A DNA stretch of 64,000 bases, taken from positions 1,248,001 through 1,312,000 of the forward strand of contig CP147779.1 of assembly GCA_037308085.1 (NCBI GenBank), read 5' to 3'. Each line of letters starts with the position of its first letter. The stretch's first letter is position 1. The DNA comes from Promethearchaeati archaeon SRVP18_Atabeyarchaeia-1 (GTDB taxonomy: Archaea > Asgardarchaeota > Atabeyarchaeia > Atabeyarchaeales > Atabeyarchaeaceae). The notes under the pieces were generated by a model. It was not told the origin of the DNA, ran no database searches, and saw nothing but the letters and a program-made list of their open reading frames with translations. A program made the translations under genes and the position numbers. Shown in pieces: positions 8,919-18,520 of this stretch.

Positions 8919-10499
8919 CTACTTTATACTGACAGCCTTGGAACCAGACCTTTTTCGCATGAACATCAGACCAGCAACAACAATGATGGCACCCAGTGCA
9001 CTGACAATCAACAGCATCGTTGGTAGGCCGGATGGACTAGTTAGAGGCGACAACTCCACAGTGTAGGTATACGCTGGGTCGTCACACACATATAGCACGC
9101 CAGTCGCGGACCAGTATTGTGTCGCGTTCACTGGTGTCCTTGTCCCACTATCGACTTTCCAAACGGCCTTGACAGTGTACCCATCAGGAACTGCAAGTTT
9201 GAAGTACACCCAGTCTCCGAGAGATACCTTCGACAAGGTAACGTTGCGGATGCCGCCAGTGCCAGTCACTGCACCCGTGTGATCCACGAGTTGATCGGGC
9301 TCGCCAGTTCCATTGGTCGCAAAGTCAGGGACCCCATCCCAGCCATAGTCGACGAAGAACATTGTGCTACCGCCAAAGTGAGTGCTACCCTGTGCGCCAC
9401 CCCCGGTGACATCAATCTGATGGGCATAGCTGCCGTAGTAGACTATAACACCGACCTTCTTCCACACAATCGTTGCGTTCTCAGGAACCTGTATTTCATA
9501 CGTGTTCAATGACCATTGTCCACCACTGTCCGCAGTCTTGACTTCCCAGTTACTTGTAACCGCGAGTCCAAGGTAAAGTCCAAGCTCAGCAAAGACGTTG
9601 ATATCATACTGAATGTTGACATACATATGAAGCGCATCGCTGTAGCCACTGATGCCCCCATGCCCAACTACTGCAAAGTCGACTACCAGGTCAATGAATC
9701 CTCCCGCCATCAGGAGGATGTTGTCAGGCGAGGTTCCACTTGTCTTCCATACGTCAATTTTGCCAACACATTTCACAACATTGAAACCGCCTTGGATTCC
9801 AGGTATGTTAAGATCCTGGAGTGCTGTGGATACCTTACTCCATACCGAATTGAGTGCGCCTTGTATTCTGTTTCGTAGCCAAGCGCTGAAATCCCACTGA
9901 ACATGGTTTACAACGTAGTTTGTTCCTGTCCATGTGTCATTTGCGTCTGTGAACTTAATCGTCAGAGGATTGGCGCTACCAGTATGAGTGACAGGGTCTA
10001 CGCTCTCAATTGCTGGGAACGGAATACTGAAGTTCTTCGTGGTTCCTGTCGGAATAAGCCATTTGGCGTCCCAACTTGTGCTAGAATTCCACTTATTGTA
10101 GAACACATTCGCTGTGCCATTCACGTCAATGTTTACGTCGATCACCAGCATCGCATTGACAGCAATGGTTGCCGTGACAATTCCTGTTGACGTGCTAACG
10201 TTTATGTCATGGGCCGCAACTGATATCTTGGCACCTATGTACAGCTTGTTGACGTTGATGCTGTAGGAATGGAAACCAGCAATGTTTGTAGTGATGATAA
10301 CGTGTCCTGACGCGTTGATCCAGGCCATGAGAGTCCCGTTTACGTCATACAAGAGTGATCCAGGGATGGTCATAGCCATTTGCCGTTGAGGTGCCGCCTC
10401 ATTCTGCTGTGTCGAAGTTGCTGTCGCTGGAGATGCGAACGCTGCTGTTGTCGCTAGAATTGCGATGAAGAGTGCTGCGAAGATAGCTTTACCATTCAA
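8919..10499 (-). CDS. Secreted, C-terminally anchored beta-rich surface (glyco)protein
   Basis: Signal peptide after likely TTG start at 10499 (GGGGAG upstream), many N-x-S/T sequons, C-terminal TM followed by RKR. Confidence 0.75.
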   Translation of the reverse strand: MNGKAIFAALFIAILATTAAFASPATATSTQQNEAAPQRQMAMTIPGSLLYDVNGTLMAWINASGHVIITTNIAGFHSYSINVNKLYIGAKISVAAHDINVSTSTGIVTATIAVNAMLVIDVNIDVNGTANVFYNKWNSSTSWDAKWLIPTGTTKNFSIPFPAIESVDPVTHTGSANPLTIKFTDANDTWTGTNYVVNHVQWDFSAWLRNRIQGALNSVWSKVSTALQDLNIPGIQGGFNVVKCVGKIDVWKTSGTSPDNILLMAGGFIDLVVDFAVVGHGGISGYSDALHMYVNIQYDINVFAELGLYLGLAVTSNWEVKTADSGGQWSLNTYEIQVPENATIVWKKVGVIVYYGSYAHQIDVTGGGAQGSTHFGGSTMFFVDYGWDGVPDFATNGTGEPDQLVDHTGAVTGTGGIRNVTLSKVSLGDWVYFKLAVPDGYTVKAVWKVDSGTRTPVNATQYWSATGVLYVCDDPAYTYTVELSPLTSPSGLPTMLLIVSALGAIIVVAGLMFMRKRSGSKAVSIK

Positions 10500-10600
10500 A
10501 TGCTTTATCTCCCCACATTTCCATTTTGTTTCGCGTTGATCCCACTGTATGCCCACCGTCGCTTAAAAATGTTGAGGACGTAATCGGTGTATGAAGAATG

Positions 10601-10676
10601 TATATAAATGTATATTTTTAGAATAATGGCTATTTTGTGTGGCAAAGACTGCTGTAAAATATATATAAATGTATAT
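10601..10676. promoter_or_regulatory. Two copies of quasi-palindromic 15-mer TATATAAATGTATAT
   Basis: Exact direct repeat at 10601-10615 and 10662-10676 in the divergent intergenic region. Confidence 0.55.
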
Positions 10677-11026
10677 CTGATATGACTTGGGAATGTTAGA
10701 TCCCTAATGGAAAAGCTGTCTGAGAGTGGGGAGTGAGGTGGAGAACTTGGGTAATTTCCTGCCCGTAGAAGGACATCTCAGCCCCAAGCCCCAAGATGAT
10801 GCAGACCAACGGTAGGCTGGACGTAGAAGCTGCGGAACGTCGAAGCCGATAAGATATTTAACGTGAAGGCGAATGATGTACATCTCTCATGAAGACGCAC
10901 CTAACATCAGGCATCACACACCTGAGTATCCAGAGAGAATGCATTGCGTCACAAGTTGGCAGAGTTGCACACGAATTTCCTGAAAAGAGTTATTGGGTCA
11001 GAAATTCCCGATGAGATGCTCAGCGT

Positions 11027-11635
11027 ATGGAGAAGAGCTATAGTCCGCGCGAGGCTGCAGCCATACTTGGCGTTGCAGTGCACACCATTCAAGTATGGGA
11101 CAGACAGGGCAAGATACGCTGCGTCAGGCTACCTTCTGGCCGGAGGCGTGTTCCCGAGAGCGAGGTTAGACGCCTCCTGAACGTAAAGGAGGAGAGGAAA
11201 GACGCAATATATGCGAGGGTTTTCTCCAGCAACCAGAAGGGAGAACTCGAGAGGCAGGTAAGCTTACTGAAAGAATTGGCGCCCAGCGCGGTAGTGTACA
11301 CCGATGTTAGATCTGGCTTGAATTTCAAGAGGAAAGGATTATTCCAGCTTCTAGAGGATCTCGTCGACAGGAAGATCGCCAGACTCTTCATTGCGCACGA
11401 AGACAGGCTTGCAAGGATCGGATATGAGCTCATATCATGGTTGTGCGAGAAATACGGCACAGAGATAATCGTCGCAGAGAAGGAGGTAAATCCTTCTCTC
11501 CGACAAGAGTATGGCAAGGATATGATTGCACTCAACATGGCATTTTCGGCGAAGCTTTTCGGGTTGAGGAGTCATAATACAGCTAGGATTCTTCGAGCTG
11601 TAAAGGACGCCATAGCCGAAACGAGGTCTTCTTGA
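11027..11635 (+). CDS. tnpA: IS607-family serine recombinase TnpA (MerR-type HTH + resolvase), probably inactive, no tnpB partner
   Basis: YSPREAAAILGV...WDRQGKI HTH; YARVFSSNQKGELERQ, SGLNFKRKG, EDRLARIG, FSAKLFGLRSH. Confidence 0.85.
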   Translation: MEKSYSPREAAAILGVAVHTIQVWDRQGKIRCVRLPSGRRRVPESEVRRLLNVKEERKDAIYARVFSSNQKGELERQVSLLKELAPSAVVYTDVRSGLNFKRKGLFQLLEDLVDRKIARLFIAHEDRLARIGYELISWLCEKYGTEIIVAEKEVNPSLRQEYGKDMIALNMAFSAKLFGLRSHNTARILRAVKDAIAETRSS

Positions 11636-11703
11636 ATCGGAGATGAAGGTGCGATTCGCCAAGCCAGGATTATTCATAATGTGGGAGGGGGAATGCTAGA
11701 TAT

Positions 11704-12387
11704 ATGAGAATTTTCGCATCACGCAAGGTTAGGATGGAGGCTATCGAAGATTCTGGCGTGGCAACGTCGTTTGACCGTATAACCGGCATGCCTCAGTTTG
11801 GGCTTCTCCTGCGGCTATTTACCTTGAAGGCGCTCAGCAGTCAGAGTGGCGGTAGAGTCATTGACATCGGTTGCGGCGGAGGGCGACTTGTCCTCAGGCT
11901 TGCGAAAAGTTATCCCTTTGAAGAAGTCATCGGTCTGGACCTGTCTGACAAGATGCTGAGGCTAGCTAGAAGGAGGGCGATAGATGCAGGTCTCGGTGAT
12001 CGAGTCAAGTTCAAGGAGGGGAACGCGGAAATGATCCCATACCCCAGCGGATCGTTTGATCTGGTTGTGAGCACTCTGTCCTTGCATCACTGGTCGAGAC
12101 CAGAGCTTGTCTTCGATGAGATTGCGCGGGTTCTTAGGCCTGCGGGAAAGTGTGTGTTGGGAGACATGCGCAGAGATCCCATGCCCGTATTCACGGGGCT
12201 TATGTGGGTTGTAACGCATTTCATAGTTCCACGCTCTCTGAGGCGCGCAGGAGAGCCTCTTGGGTCTCTGCAGTCAGCATACACGAAGGAGGAGACCTCT
12301 GCCTTTTTGCAGAAGTCCAAACTCGGAGCCTTCAGCAAGGTCACAACGGGACCATTCTGGCTAATCATCAAAGGAAGAAAAATGTGA
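11704..12387 (+). CDS. Class I SAM-dependent methyltransferase
   Basis: VIDIGCGGG, GLDLS, GNAEMIPYPSGSFDLVVS, SLHHW, LRPAG. Confidence 0.9.
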   Translation: MRIFASRKVRMEAIEDSGVATSFDRITGMPQFGLLLRLFTLKALSSQSGGRVIDIGCGGGRLVLRLAKSYPFEEVIGLDLSDKMLRLARRRAIDAGLGDRVKFKEGNAEMIPYPSGSFDLVVSTLSLHHWSRPELVFDEIARVLRPAGKCVLGDMRRDPMPVFTGLMWVVTHFIVPRSLRRAGEPLGSLQSAYTKEETSAFLQKSKLGAFSKVTTGPFWLIIKGRKM

Positions 12388-12432
12388 TGCGCGTAGCAGA
12401 ACAGGCGGGTTGAAGTAGATACTCTATCTCAA

Positions 12433-12565
12433 GGTTCTGTCAAGTCTTCGGTTGATGACTCGACTGACTCGCATCGACTTTCAGGATTACCTTTCCTTCC
12501 GTTCCGAGGGTTCCTGTACCATCGCTTCACCTGCGAGTCCCTTCAGGCCGAACCACAGCCCTGCA
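12433..12565 (-). ncRNA. Stand-alone putative TnpB omega-RNA
   Basis: CAGGGCTG-TGGTT-CGGCCTG hairpin, perfect GACTCGCA/TGCGAGTC stem, terminal CGAGTC...GACTTG hairpin. 3' end colinear with the end of element 2. Confidence 0.65.
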
Positions 12566-12701
12566 CCTGCTTCCACGTCTACACAGGTTCTCTCTTTCCC
12601 CTCCGCCTTCAGCTATAAAGCCACATACCGCGGAGCGAGAAGACTCTTAGACTCACTACCCCGTTCCCAACATATAAATCAACCATAGACTTTGCAGAGC
12701 C
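12433..12701 (-). mobile_element. 269-bp MITE with IS6-like TIRs carrying only a putative omega-RNA (element 3)
   Basis: Ends GGTTCTGTCAAGTCTTCGGTTG and (reverse complement) GGCTCTGCAAAGTCTATGGTTG match at 17/22. TSD TATCTCAA (12425-12432) / TATTTCAA (12702-12709). TTTATA box just inside the upstream end. Confidence 0.8.
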
Positions 12702-12976
12702 TATTTCAACAAAGAATTTATATAGAAGTATGATTCGCCTTCTAGGAAGGATGAATATTACCATAAGGTAACAAATAGCGTTGTCTCCACTGCTTAGAGA
12801 CAGCGTTGAACTGACTCTATTTAGGGACTCGGCATAATCTGAACTTGTCACTAAAGTCAACTCTAAACCAGCAAGTTGTCTTGCCCTTAACGATGGGACA
12901 TGTCATGTCGGAGGCGTTGACGGGTTTGGCGTCTCACAAGGATCAGCGTAGCACTTCAGGCAAGGAAAAGACCAAG

Positions 12977-13651
12977 ATGCTAGGCGAGGCATCTGAGGAG
13001 ACAAACACGCCGGAAGCCAGTGAAGCGCCAAGAGAGGAACAGAGCGCAACACCGACGACGCCGATCGCAGATCCCATGGAAAACGAACTAGAATTATTGC
13101 GGAAATCACTTCAGGAGGAAAAGGATAGAGCGGAACAATACCTTGTTTCGCTCAAGTACCTGAAAGCTGAATTCGAGAACTATCAGAAGAGATCCGCAAA
13201 GGAAATGGATGAACTCGCCAAGAGGGGAAGCGAGAGGCTTGCCCGAAAGCTGCTCGGAATCGTGGATGACATCGAGAGAACAATTAATGCATGCAAGGCT
13301 GTAGGCGACCAGAGCAAGCTGCTCGCTGGCGTCGAGATGATCCTAAAAGAACTCGTCAATACCCTCAGAAGCGAGGGAATATTCAAGATAGAGGCAGTCG
13401 GCAAGAGGTTTGATCCTCAACTTCACGAAGCTATCATGGTGAAGAAGACAGACGAATGTCCTCCTGGCACTGTGGTTGAGGAGTTGAGAGCCGGCTACAT
13501 GTTTGATGGCAGAGTCATTAGGCCAAGCATGGTAACGGTGGCAAATCCGCCTGACCGGCAAGGCAGTCCTGAGCCAGAAAACAAGGTGAAAGGTGGGGGA
13601 GGGCAGAGGACAAGCAGTGGTGTTGACAAACGACCCCTCCACGAAACATAG
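12977..13651 (+). CDS. grpE: Nucleotide exchange factor GrpE
   Basis: AEFENYQKR, FDPQLHEA, GYMFDGRVIRPSMVTV. Start uncertain (ORF open from 12845). Confidence 0.95.
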   Translation: MLGEASEETNTPEASEAPREEQSATPTTPIADPMENELELLRKSLQEEKDRAEQYLVSLKYLKAEFENYQKRSAKEMDELAKRGSERLARKLLGIVDDIERTINACKAVGDQSKLLAGVEMILKELVNTLRSEGIFKIEAVGKRFDPQLHEAIMVKKTDECPPGTVVEELRAGYMFDGRVIRPSMVTVANPPDRQGSPEPENKVKGGGGQRTSSGVDKRPLHET

Positions 13652-13727
13652 AAGCATCAGCTGATGCCGGATACCTGCAATACAATAATGAATATCACGT
13701 AACAACTGTATCGGTTCATGGAAAGAG

Positions 13728-15719
13728 GTGAATAGACTGATGCCTTCCTCAAAAAGCGAGGCCTCTGAATGGCAGAAGCAAGAGGCGGGAAAGAAAGAGA
13801 AAGTCCTTGGAATAGATTTGGGGACAAGCAACTCAGCAGTAGCAGTCGTGATGGCCGGAAGACCAGTTGTTATCCCGGCCTCTGAGGGCGTGTCCGTTAC
13901 AGGCAAAGCTTTTCCTTCGTTCGTTGCATTCACAAAGGACGGTCAGCTACTTGTCGGAGAACCGGCGAGACGGCAAGCTGTTAGCAACCCTGAGGGAACA
14001 ATCTTAGAAGTTAAACGGAAAATGGGAACCAACGAGAAGATCAAGGTCTTCGGAAAGGAGTATACACCACAGCAGATATCAGCATTCATCCTGCAGAAAA
14101 TGAAGAAAGACGCTGAGACATTTACAGGTGAGAAGTTCGAGAAAGCCGTAATCACAGTTCCTGCCCATTACAACGACAACCAAAGGCAGGCAACCAAGGA
14201 TGCTGCCGAAATAGCTGGGCTCAAGACAATAAGGCTCATCAACGAACCTACCGCCTCAGCGCTGGCATACGGCGTGGACAAAGCTGGAAAAGAACTGAAG
14301 ATCCTCGTGTTCGAACTTGGCGGCGGAACATACGACGTCACAATCATGGAGTTCGGAAAAAATGTCTTTGAGGTAAAAGCAACCAATGGTGACACTCACC
14401 TCGGTGGAACAGATATGGACAAGAGAGTCACAGACTATATTGCCGACATGTTCAGGAAAGATACGGGCATCGATCTGAGAAATGACAAAATGGCCGCGTA
14501 CCGCTTGAAGGAAGCGTGTGAAAAGGCGAAGATAGAACTTTCCACAACCTTGGAGACAGAGATCAACTTGCCGTACATAACGGCTGACGCCACCGGTCCC
14601 AAGCACCTGAACTATAAGATGACGAGGGCCAAACTCGAGGAACTAGTGTCTCCGATACTGGAGAAATGCAAGGAGCCCCTTAGGCTGGCACTGGCCGACG
14701 CTAAGATGACTCCGCAGGACATTGACAAGATTATTCTCGTGGGAGGTCCAACCAGGATGCCCCTAGTAAACAGGTTCGTTGAGCAGATGCTAGGGAAGAG
14801 ACCTGAGAGGGGCGTTGACCCTATGGAGTGTGTGTGCATAGGTGCCGCAATACAGGGTGCAGCTCTGGCTGGAGAGATAAGCGACATACTACTCTTGGAC
14901 GTTACCCCACTATCGCTGGGAGTCGAGACTCTCGGAGGGGTTATGACGAGAGTCATGGATAGGAATACGACAATTCCTGCCAGAAGAAGCCAGATATTCA
15001 CTACGGCAGCAGACTTCCAGACCGCCGTAACCATACATGTGCTCCAAGGGGAGCGTACGATGGCATCGGACAACATATCGCTTGGAGTGTTCAACCTCAC
15101 TGGAATACCGCCCGCACCAAGAGGGACTCCTCAGGTTGAAGTCTCGTTCGACATAGATGCCAGTGGTATCCTTCACGTCACTGCAAAGGACATGGCCACG
15201 GGCAACAAACAGGAGATAGCCATAACCGCCTCCACGAAGCTGAGTCAAGAACAGAAAGACCGCATGAACAGAGAGGCTGAAACCTACGCGGAACAGGACA
15301 AGCAGAAGCGAGACGAGATCGAAACTCGAAACAACGCGGACTCCATGATCTACCAAGCTGAGAAAATGCTTCGCGACCTGGGCGAGAAGGTCTCCAAGGA
15401 CAACAAAGACAAGATAGAGAAGGCCATCAAGGAACTTAGAGGGGCGCTTGATGGAAAGGACATCTCGGGCGTCAAGGCGAAAATGGGGGAGCTATCCAAT
15501 GTGCTCCAGGAAGCTGGCGCAGCAATGTATCAGCAAGCGGGACAGCAGCAGGGACAACAGCAGCAGGGACAACGACAGCAAGAGGGACAACAGCAACAGC
15601 AGCAGGACCAACAAAGATATCCAGGCGATCAGAACAAGGGACAGAACAAGAGCTCACCAAAGGGCGGAGAAGACGTGGTCGACGCAGAATTCAAGGAAGT
15701 AAATGATGAGGACAAGTAG
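13728..15719 (+). CDS. dnaK: Chaperone DnaK (Hsp70)
   Basis: [43 protein letters not shown]. Confidence 0.98.
   Translation: MNRLMPSSKSEASEWQKQEAGKKEKVLGIDLGTSNSAVAVVMAGRPVVIPASEGVSVTGKAFPSFVAFTKDGQLLVGEPARRQAVSNPEGTILEVKRKMGTNEKIKVFGKEYTPQQISAFILQKMKKDAETFTGEKFEKAVITVPAHYNDNQRQATKDAAEIAGLKTIRLINEPTASALAYGVDKAGKELKILVFELGGGTYDVTIMEFGKNVFEVKATNGDTHLGGTDMDKRVTDYIADMFRKDTGIDLRNDKMAAYRLKEACEKAKIELSTTLETEINLPYITADATGPKHLNYKMTRAKLEELVSPILEKCKEPLRLALADAKMTPQDIDKIILVGGPTRMPLVNRFVEQMLGKRPERGVDPMECVCIGAAIQGAALAGEISDILLLDVTPLSLGVETLGGVMTRVMDRNTTIPARRSQIFTTAADFQTAVTIHVLQGERTMASDNISLGVFNLTGIPPAPRGTPQVEVSFDIDASGILHVTAKDMATGNKQEIAITASTKLSQEQKDRMNREAETYAEQDKQKRDEIETRNNADSMIYQAEKMLRDLGEKVSKDNKDKIEKAIKELRGALDGKDISGVKAKMGELSNVLQEAGAAMYQQAGQQQGQQQQGQRQQEGQQQQQQDQQRYPGDQNKGQNKSSPKGGEDVVDAEFKEVNDEDK
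15531..15614 (+). repeat. Low-complexity (GGA)CAG/CAA repeat encoding the Gln-rich DnaK tail
   Basis: [28 protein letters not shown]. Confidence 0.8.
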
Positions 15720-15898
15720 GGTTAGCTTTCCACTGCCTACCCTAGAATGCCACTCTTTTCTTTAATCAAAGGCTGCCATGCCCTACCATCCTTCGGCTTG
15801 TGAGATGATTTGCTGCTACTACAAAATTAATAGAAGACCTGTGTATTCTTAGGTACAGGACTAGGGCGAGGCAATGTCCGCTCTAAGAGGTAATTTGT

Positions 15899-17017
15899 AT
15901 GAAATCAGCCACTGAGGTCGATGGGAGCGGTTTTCGGAGTCTCTTCGGATTGAAAGTGAAGTTGCTCTGCGAAGGTTTGAGGGTTCCCGAGGGTATGAAT
16001 AAGGGAAGAAAAGCAGGCGCAGGACCCGCCGGAGGCATATACCTCCAGCTCAACGACACGTTTGGTGTCAATGCCCCCACATGGCCGAAGTTTGCCCAAT
16101 ACTCCTCGATGTCACTTCAGAGCGTTGGCGAGAATTCGTGGGTGATCAGAGACGGTCAAAGGGAGTGGAGGGTCAAGCCCTTGGAAAGACCCAAATTTTA
16201 CGATAAGCTTACTAAAGACGGCATCCAGATGAGTAAGATAGTTCTGAGGCACAGCACCGACTGCATTGCCTCAACGGTACTTCAGACATGTGTCTACTGG
16301 AGAACAGGCGAACAGTGCAGATTCTGTGGAATCGAGTTATCCCTGAGAGAGAGCAATACTGTTGCCAGGAAGACACCCAGACAATTGATAGAGGTTGTCG
16401 ACGAGGCCTTATCAGAAGGAGTATGCAAACATATCACGCTTACAACTGGGACTCCAACAACGGATGACAAGGGAATCAAGACTTACGCCGGAATGGTGGA
16501 GGCTCTGAAGGTTACCCAGCCTTCCCTTCCAGTACAGGTCCAATTCGAGCCGCCAAGGACGGTGCTTACGATGGACGAGCTCAACCGAGTTGGCGTCGAC
16601 TCGGTGGGGATTCATATTGAGTCATTCGACAGGGATGTCTTGAAAAAATTATGCCCTGGCAAATCAAGAACGGCAGCCGAGGAGTATATCGAGGCTTGGA
16701 GGTATGCGACGGAGCTATTTGGGGAAGGTCAGGTAAGCACGTACATAATCGCTGGTCTGGGAGAGAGCGATGATAATATTGTGTCAGCGGCAAGGCTGCT
16801 GGCCCATCTGGGAGTCATACCGTACGTTGTGCCCCTGAGACCGATCACGGGCGCACCAATGGAAAATGTTAATCCACCTTCGACAGATAGGATGACAAAG
16901 CTCTACATGGATGTAGCTGACGTTCTCAATGAGTGTGGATTGGATCCTGCTTCCAGCAGAGCAGGATGTCCAAGATGCGGTGCCTGTTCTGCCCTCGACA
17001 CAGCAATGAAGGCATAA
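15899..17017 (+). CDS. Radical SAM protein, MSMEG_0568-like
   Basis: RKAGAGPAGG, ASTVLQTC-x8-CRFCGIE (CX8CX2C), C-terminal GCPRCGACS. Confidence 0.8.
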   Translation: MKSATEVDGSGFRSLFGLKVKLLCEGLRVPEGMNKGRKAGAGPAGGIYLQLNDTFGVNAPTWPKFAQYSSMSLQSVGENSWVIRDGQREWRVKPLERPKFYDKLTKDGIQMSKIVLRHSTDCIASTVLQTCVYWRTGEQCRFCGIELSLRESNTVARKTPRQLIEVVDEALSEGVCKHITLTTGTPTTDDKGIKTYAGMVEALKVTQPSLPVQVQFEPPRTVLTMDELNRVGVDSVGIHIESFDRDVLKKLCPGKSRTAAEEYIEAWRYATELFGEGQVSTYIIAGLGESDDNIVSAARLLAHLGVIPYVVPLRPITGAPMENVNPPSTDRMTKLYMDVADVLNECGLDPASSRAGCPRCGACSALDTAMKA

Positions 17018-17146
17018 GTCCCCAGCTGGAATAGCAGGGAATATTAAAATACGGGAGGCAATGTTGGATACTCAGTATTCTTGATCCTTCTTGGGATGCC
17101 CTGGCTTGATACCTTCATAGCTGATGAAGAGGGGGCAACTACTCGA

Positions 17147-18493
17147 ATGTCTAAAGGCAACAACATACTCAATTCGTTCTTCTCGCCCAGAAGCGTCTTG
17201 CTAGTCGGTGCTTCCGATAAGCGTGGCAAGTTTGGGAACCAGGTCATAAGAAACCTGAAGGTCATCAAGTACGCTGGAAAGATACTTCCCGTCCACCTGT
17301 CGGGAAAGCCGATACTAGGGATAAGCGCCTACAAGGACATACGCTCACTTCCAGAAGAGCCTGAGCTGGCTGTGGTGCTTTGCTCGCCCGAAGACACGGT
17401 AAGGGTTGTCAAAGGATGCGTGAACCTAGGCATTAAAGCGATTATGGTACAGTGCTCAGGTTTCTCCGAAATTGGATTATCTGGAGCGAAGCTAGAGGAA
17501 GAGATACTGAGAACAATTCAAGGAACAGGCACACGGATCATCGGACCAAACACCACCGGTCTCACAGATCTGCACTCGAGATTCACCACCCAGATACTTC
17601 CGCTGCGCCTAACTAAACCCGGTTCAATAGCATTCTTGGCTCAAAGCGGGGGTTTAAGTGGAGGATTGGGTTGGTGGGAGACACCATCATGCCGCTTCAG
17701 CAAGAGCATTGCACCTGGAAACGCTGCAGACTTGAAGGAACATGACATATTGAGCTACCTGGGGGATGATCCTGACACAAACGTCATCGCGGTATTCCTC
17801 AAGACTATGCGCGAGTCGTCGATGCTCGATATCCTGCAGAATGTGTGTAAGAAGAAACCCGTAATCATACACTGCACCGACAAGTATTGGATTTCTCGCC
17901 TAGAAGAAAGCGGAGCCATAATCGCACCAACATATCAGGACCTATTCAGCTACGCAAAGCTCTTCTCGCTAACCAAGGCTCCCCTTCGGGGATTAGACAT
18001 AGCGCTGGTGAGTCCAAGTTCGGGTCCGATAGCGATAGCTGTCAACTCCTTGAATGAAAATGGACTGAAACTAGCTAAGATGACCCAGTTGTCCGTTGAT
18101 CGCCTGCGGAACGCAGGAATACTCAGAGCCGAGAACCCAGTGGATTTGTGGCCGCCAAAGATGCTCAGTGGAAACGAGCTGTATGAGAAATACCTACAAG
18201 CGATAGATACGTTCGTGAAGGATGACAACGTTGGCTCGATAATGATACTCTATGAAGCCTTCAAGGAGATCCACTTTGACTTCAGAAAAATGCTAAAAAG
18301 CATCGAAGGCCTTGACAGCAAACCAGTAGTAATGGCGTGCATCCAACTAGAAAACAACTTAGCGAAGGAAGTAATCAAGAAGGTCGAGGAATTCAACATA
18401 CCAGTATACATCGATGACATCCACGCCGCAGCAAGGTCGCTAAGGCTATACTATGATAGGGCAAAGCGAATTGGCCAGCAAGGTAGCCCATAG
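17147..18493 (+). CDS. Acyl-CoA ligase (ADP-forming) alpha-like protein lacking the phospho-His loop
   Basis: FFSPRSVLLVGAS, GPNTTG, AQSGG, NPVDL; no SH(T/S)G segment. Confidence 0.8.
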   Translation: MSKGNNILNSFFSPRSVLLVGASDKRGKFGNQVIRNLKVIKYAGKILPVHLSGKPILGISAYKDIRSLPEEPELAVVLCSPEDTVRVVKGCVNLGIKAIMVQCSGFSEIGLSGAKLEEEILRTIQGTGTRIIGPNTTGLTDLHSRFTTQILPLRLTKPGSIAFLAQSGGLSGGLGWWETPSCRFSKSIAPGNAADLKEHDILSYLGDDPDTNVIAVFLKTMRESSMLDILQNVCKKKPVIIHCTDKYWISRLEESGAIIAPTYQDLFSYAKLFSLTKAPLRGLDIALVSPSSGPIAIAVNSLNENGLKLAKMTQLSVDRLRNAGILRAENPVDLWPPKMLSGNELYEKYLQAIDTFVKDDNVGSIMILYEAFKEIHFDFRKMLKSIEGLDSKPVVMACIQLENNLAKEVIKKVEEFNIPVYIDDIHAAARSLRLYYDRAKRIGQQGSP

Positions 18494-18520
18494 CAGAAAA
18501 GAATCAGGCCAGTGACTCAC

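Noticed and set aside
3800-12720. A common TAM upstream of the three insertion sites
   Set aside because: Flanks give CCTAC, TCTTG and CTTTG; not consistent enough from three sites to call a motif.
12452-12860. Short ORFs 12452-12688 (+) and 12609-12860 (-)
   Set aside because: No protein-like features; they overlap the omega-RNA mini-element and the grpE promoter.
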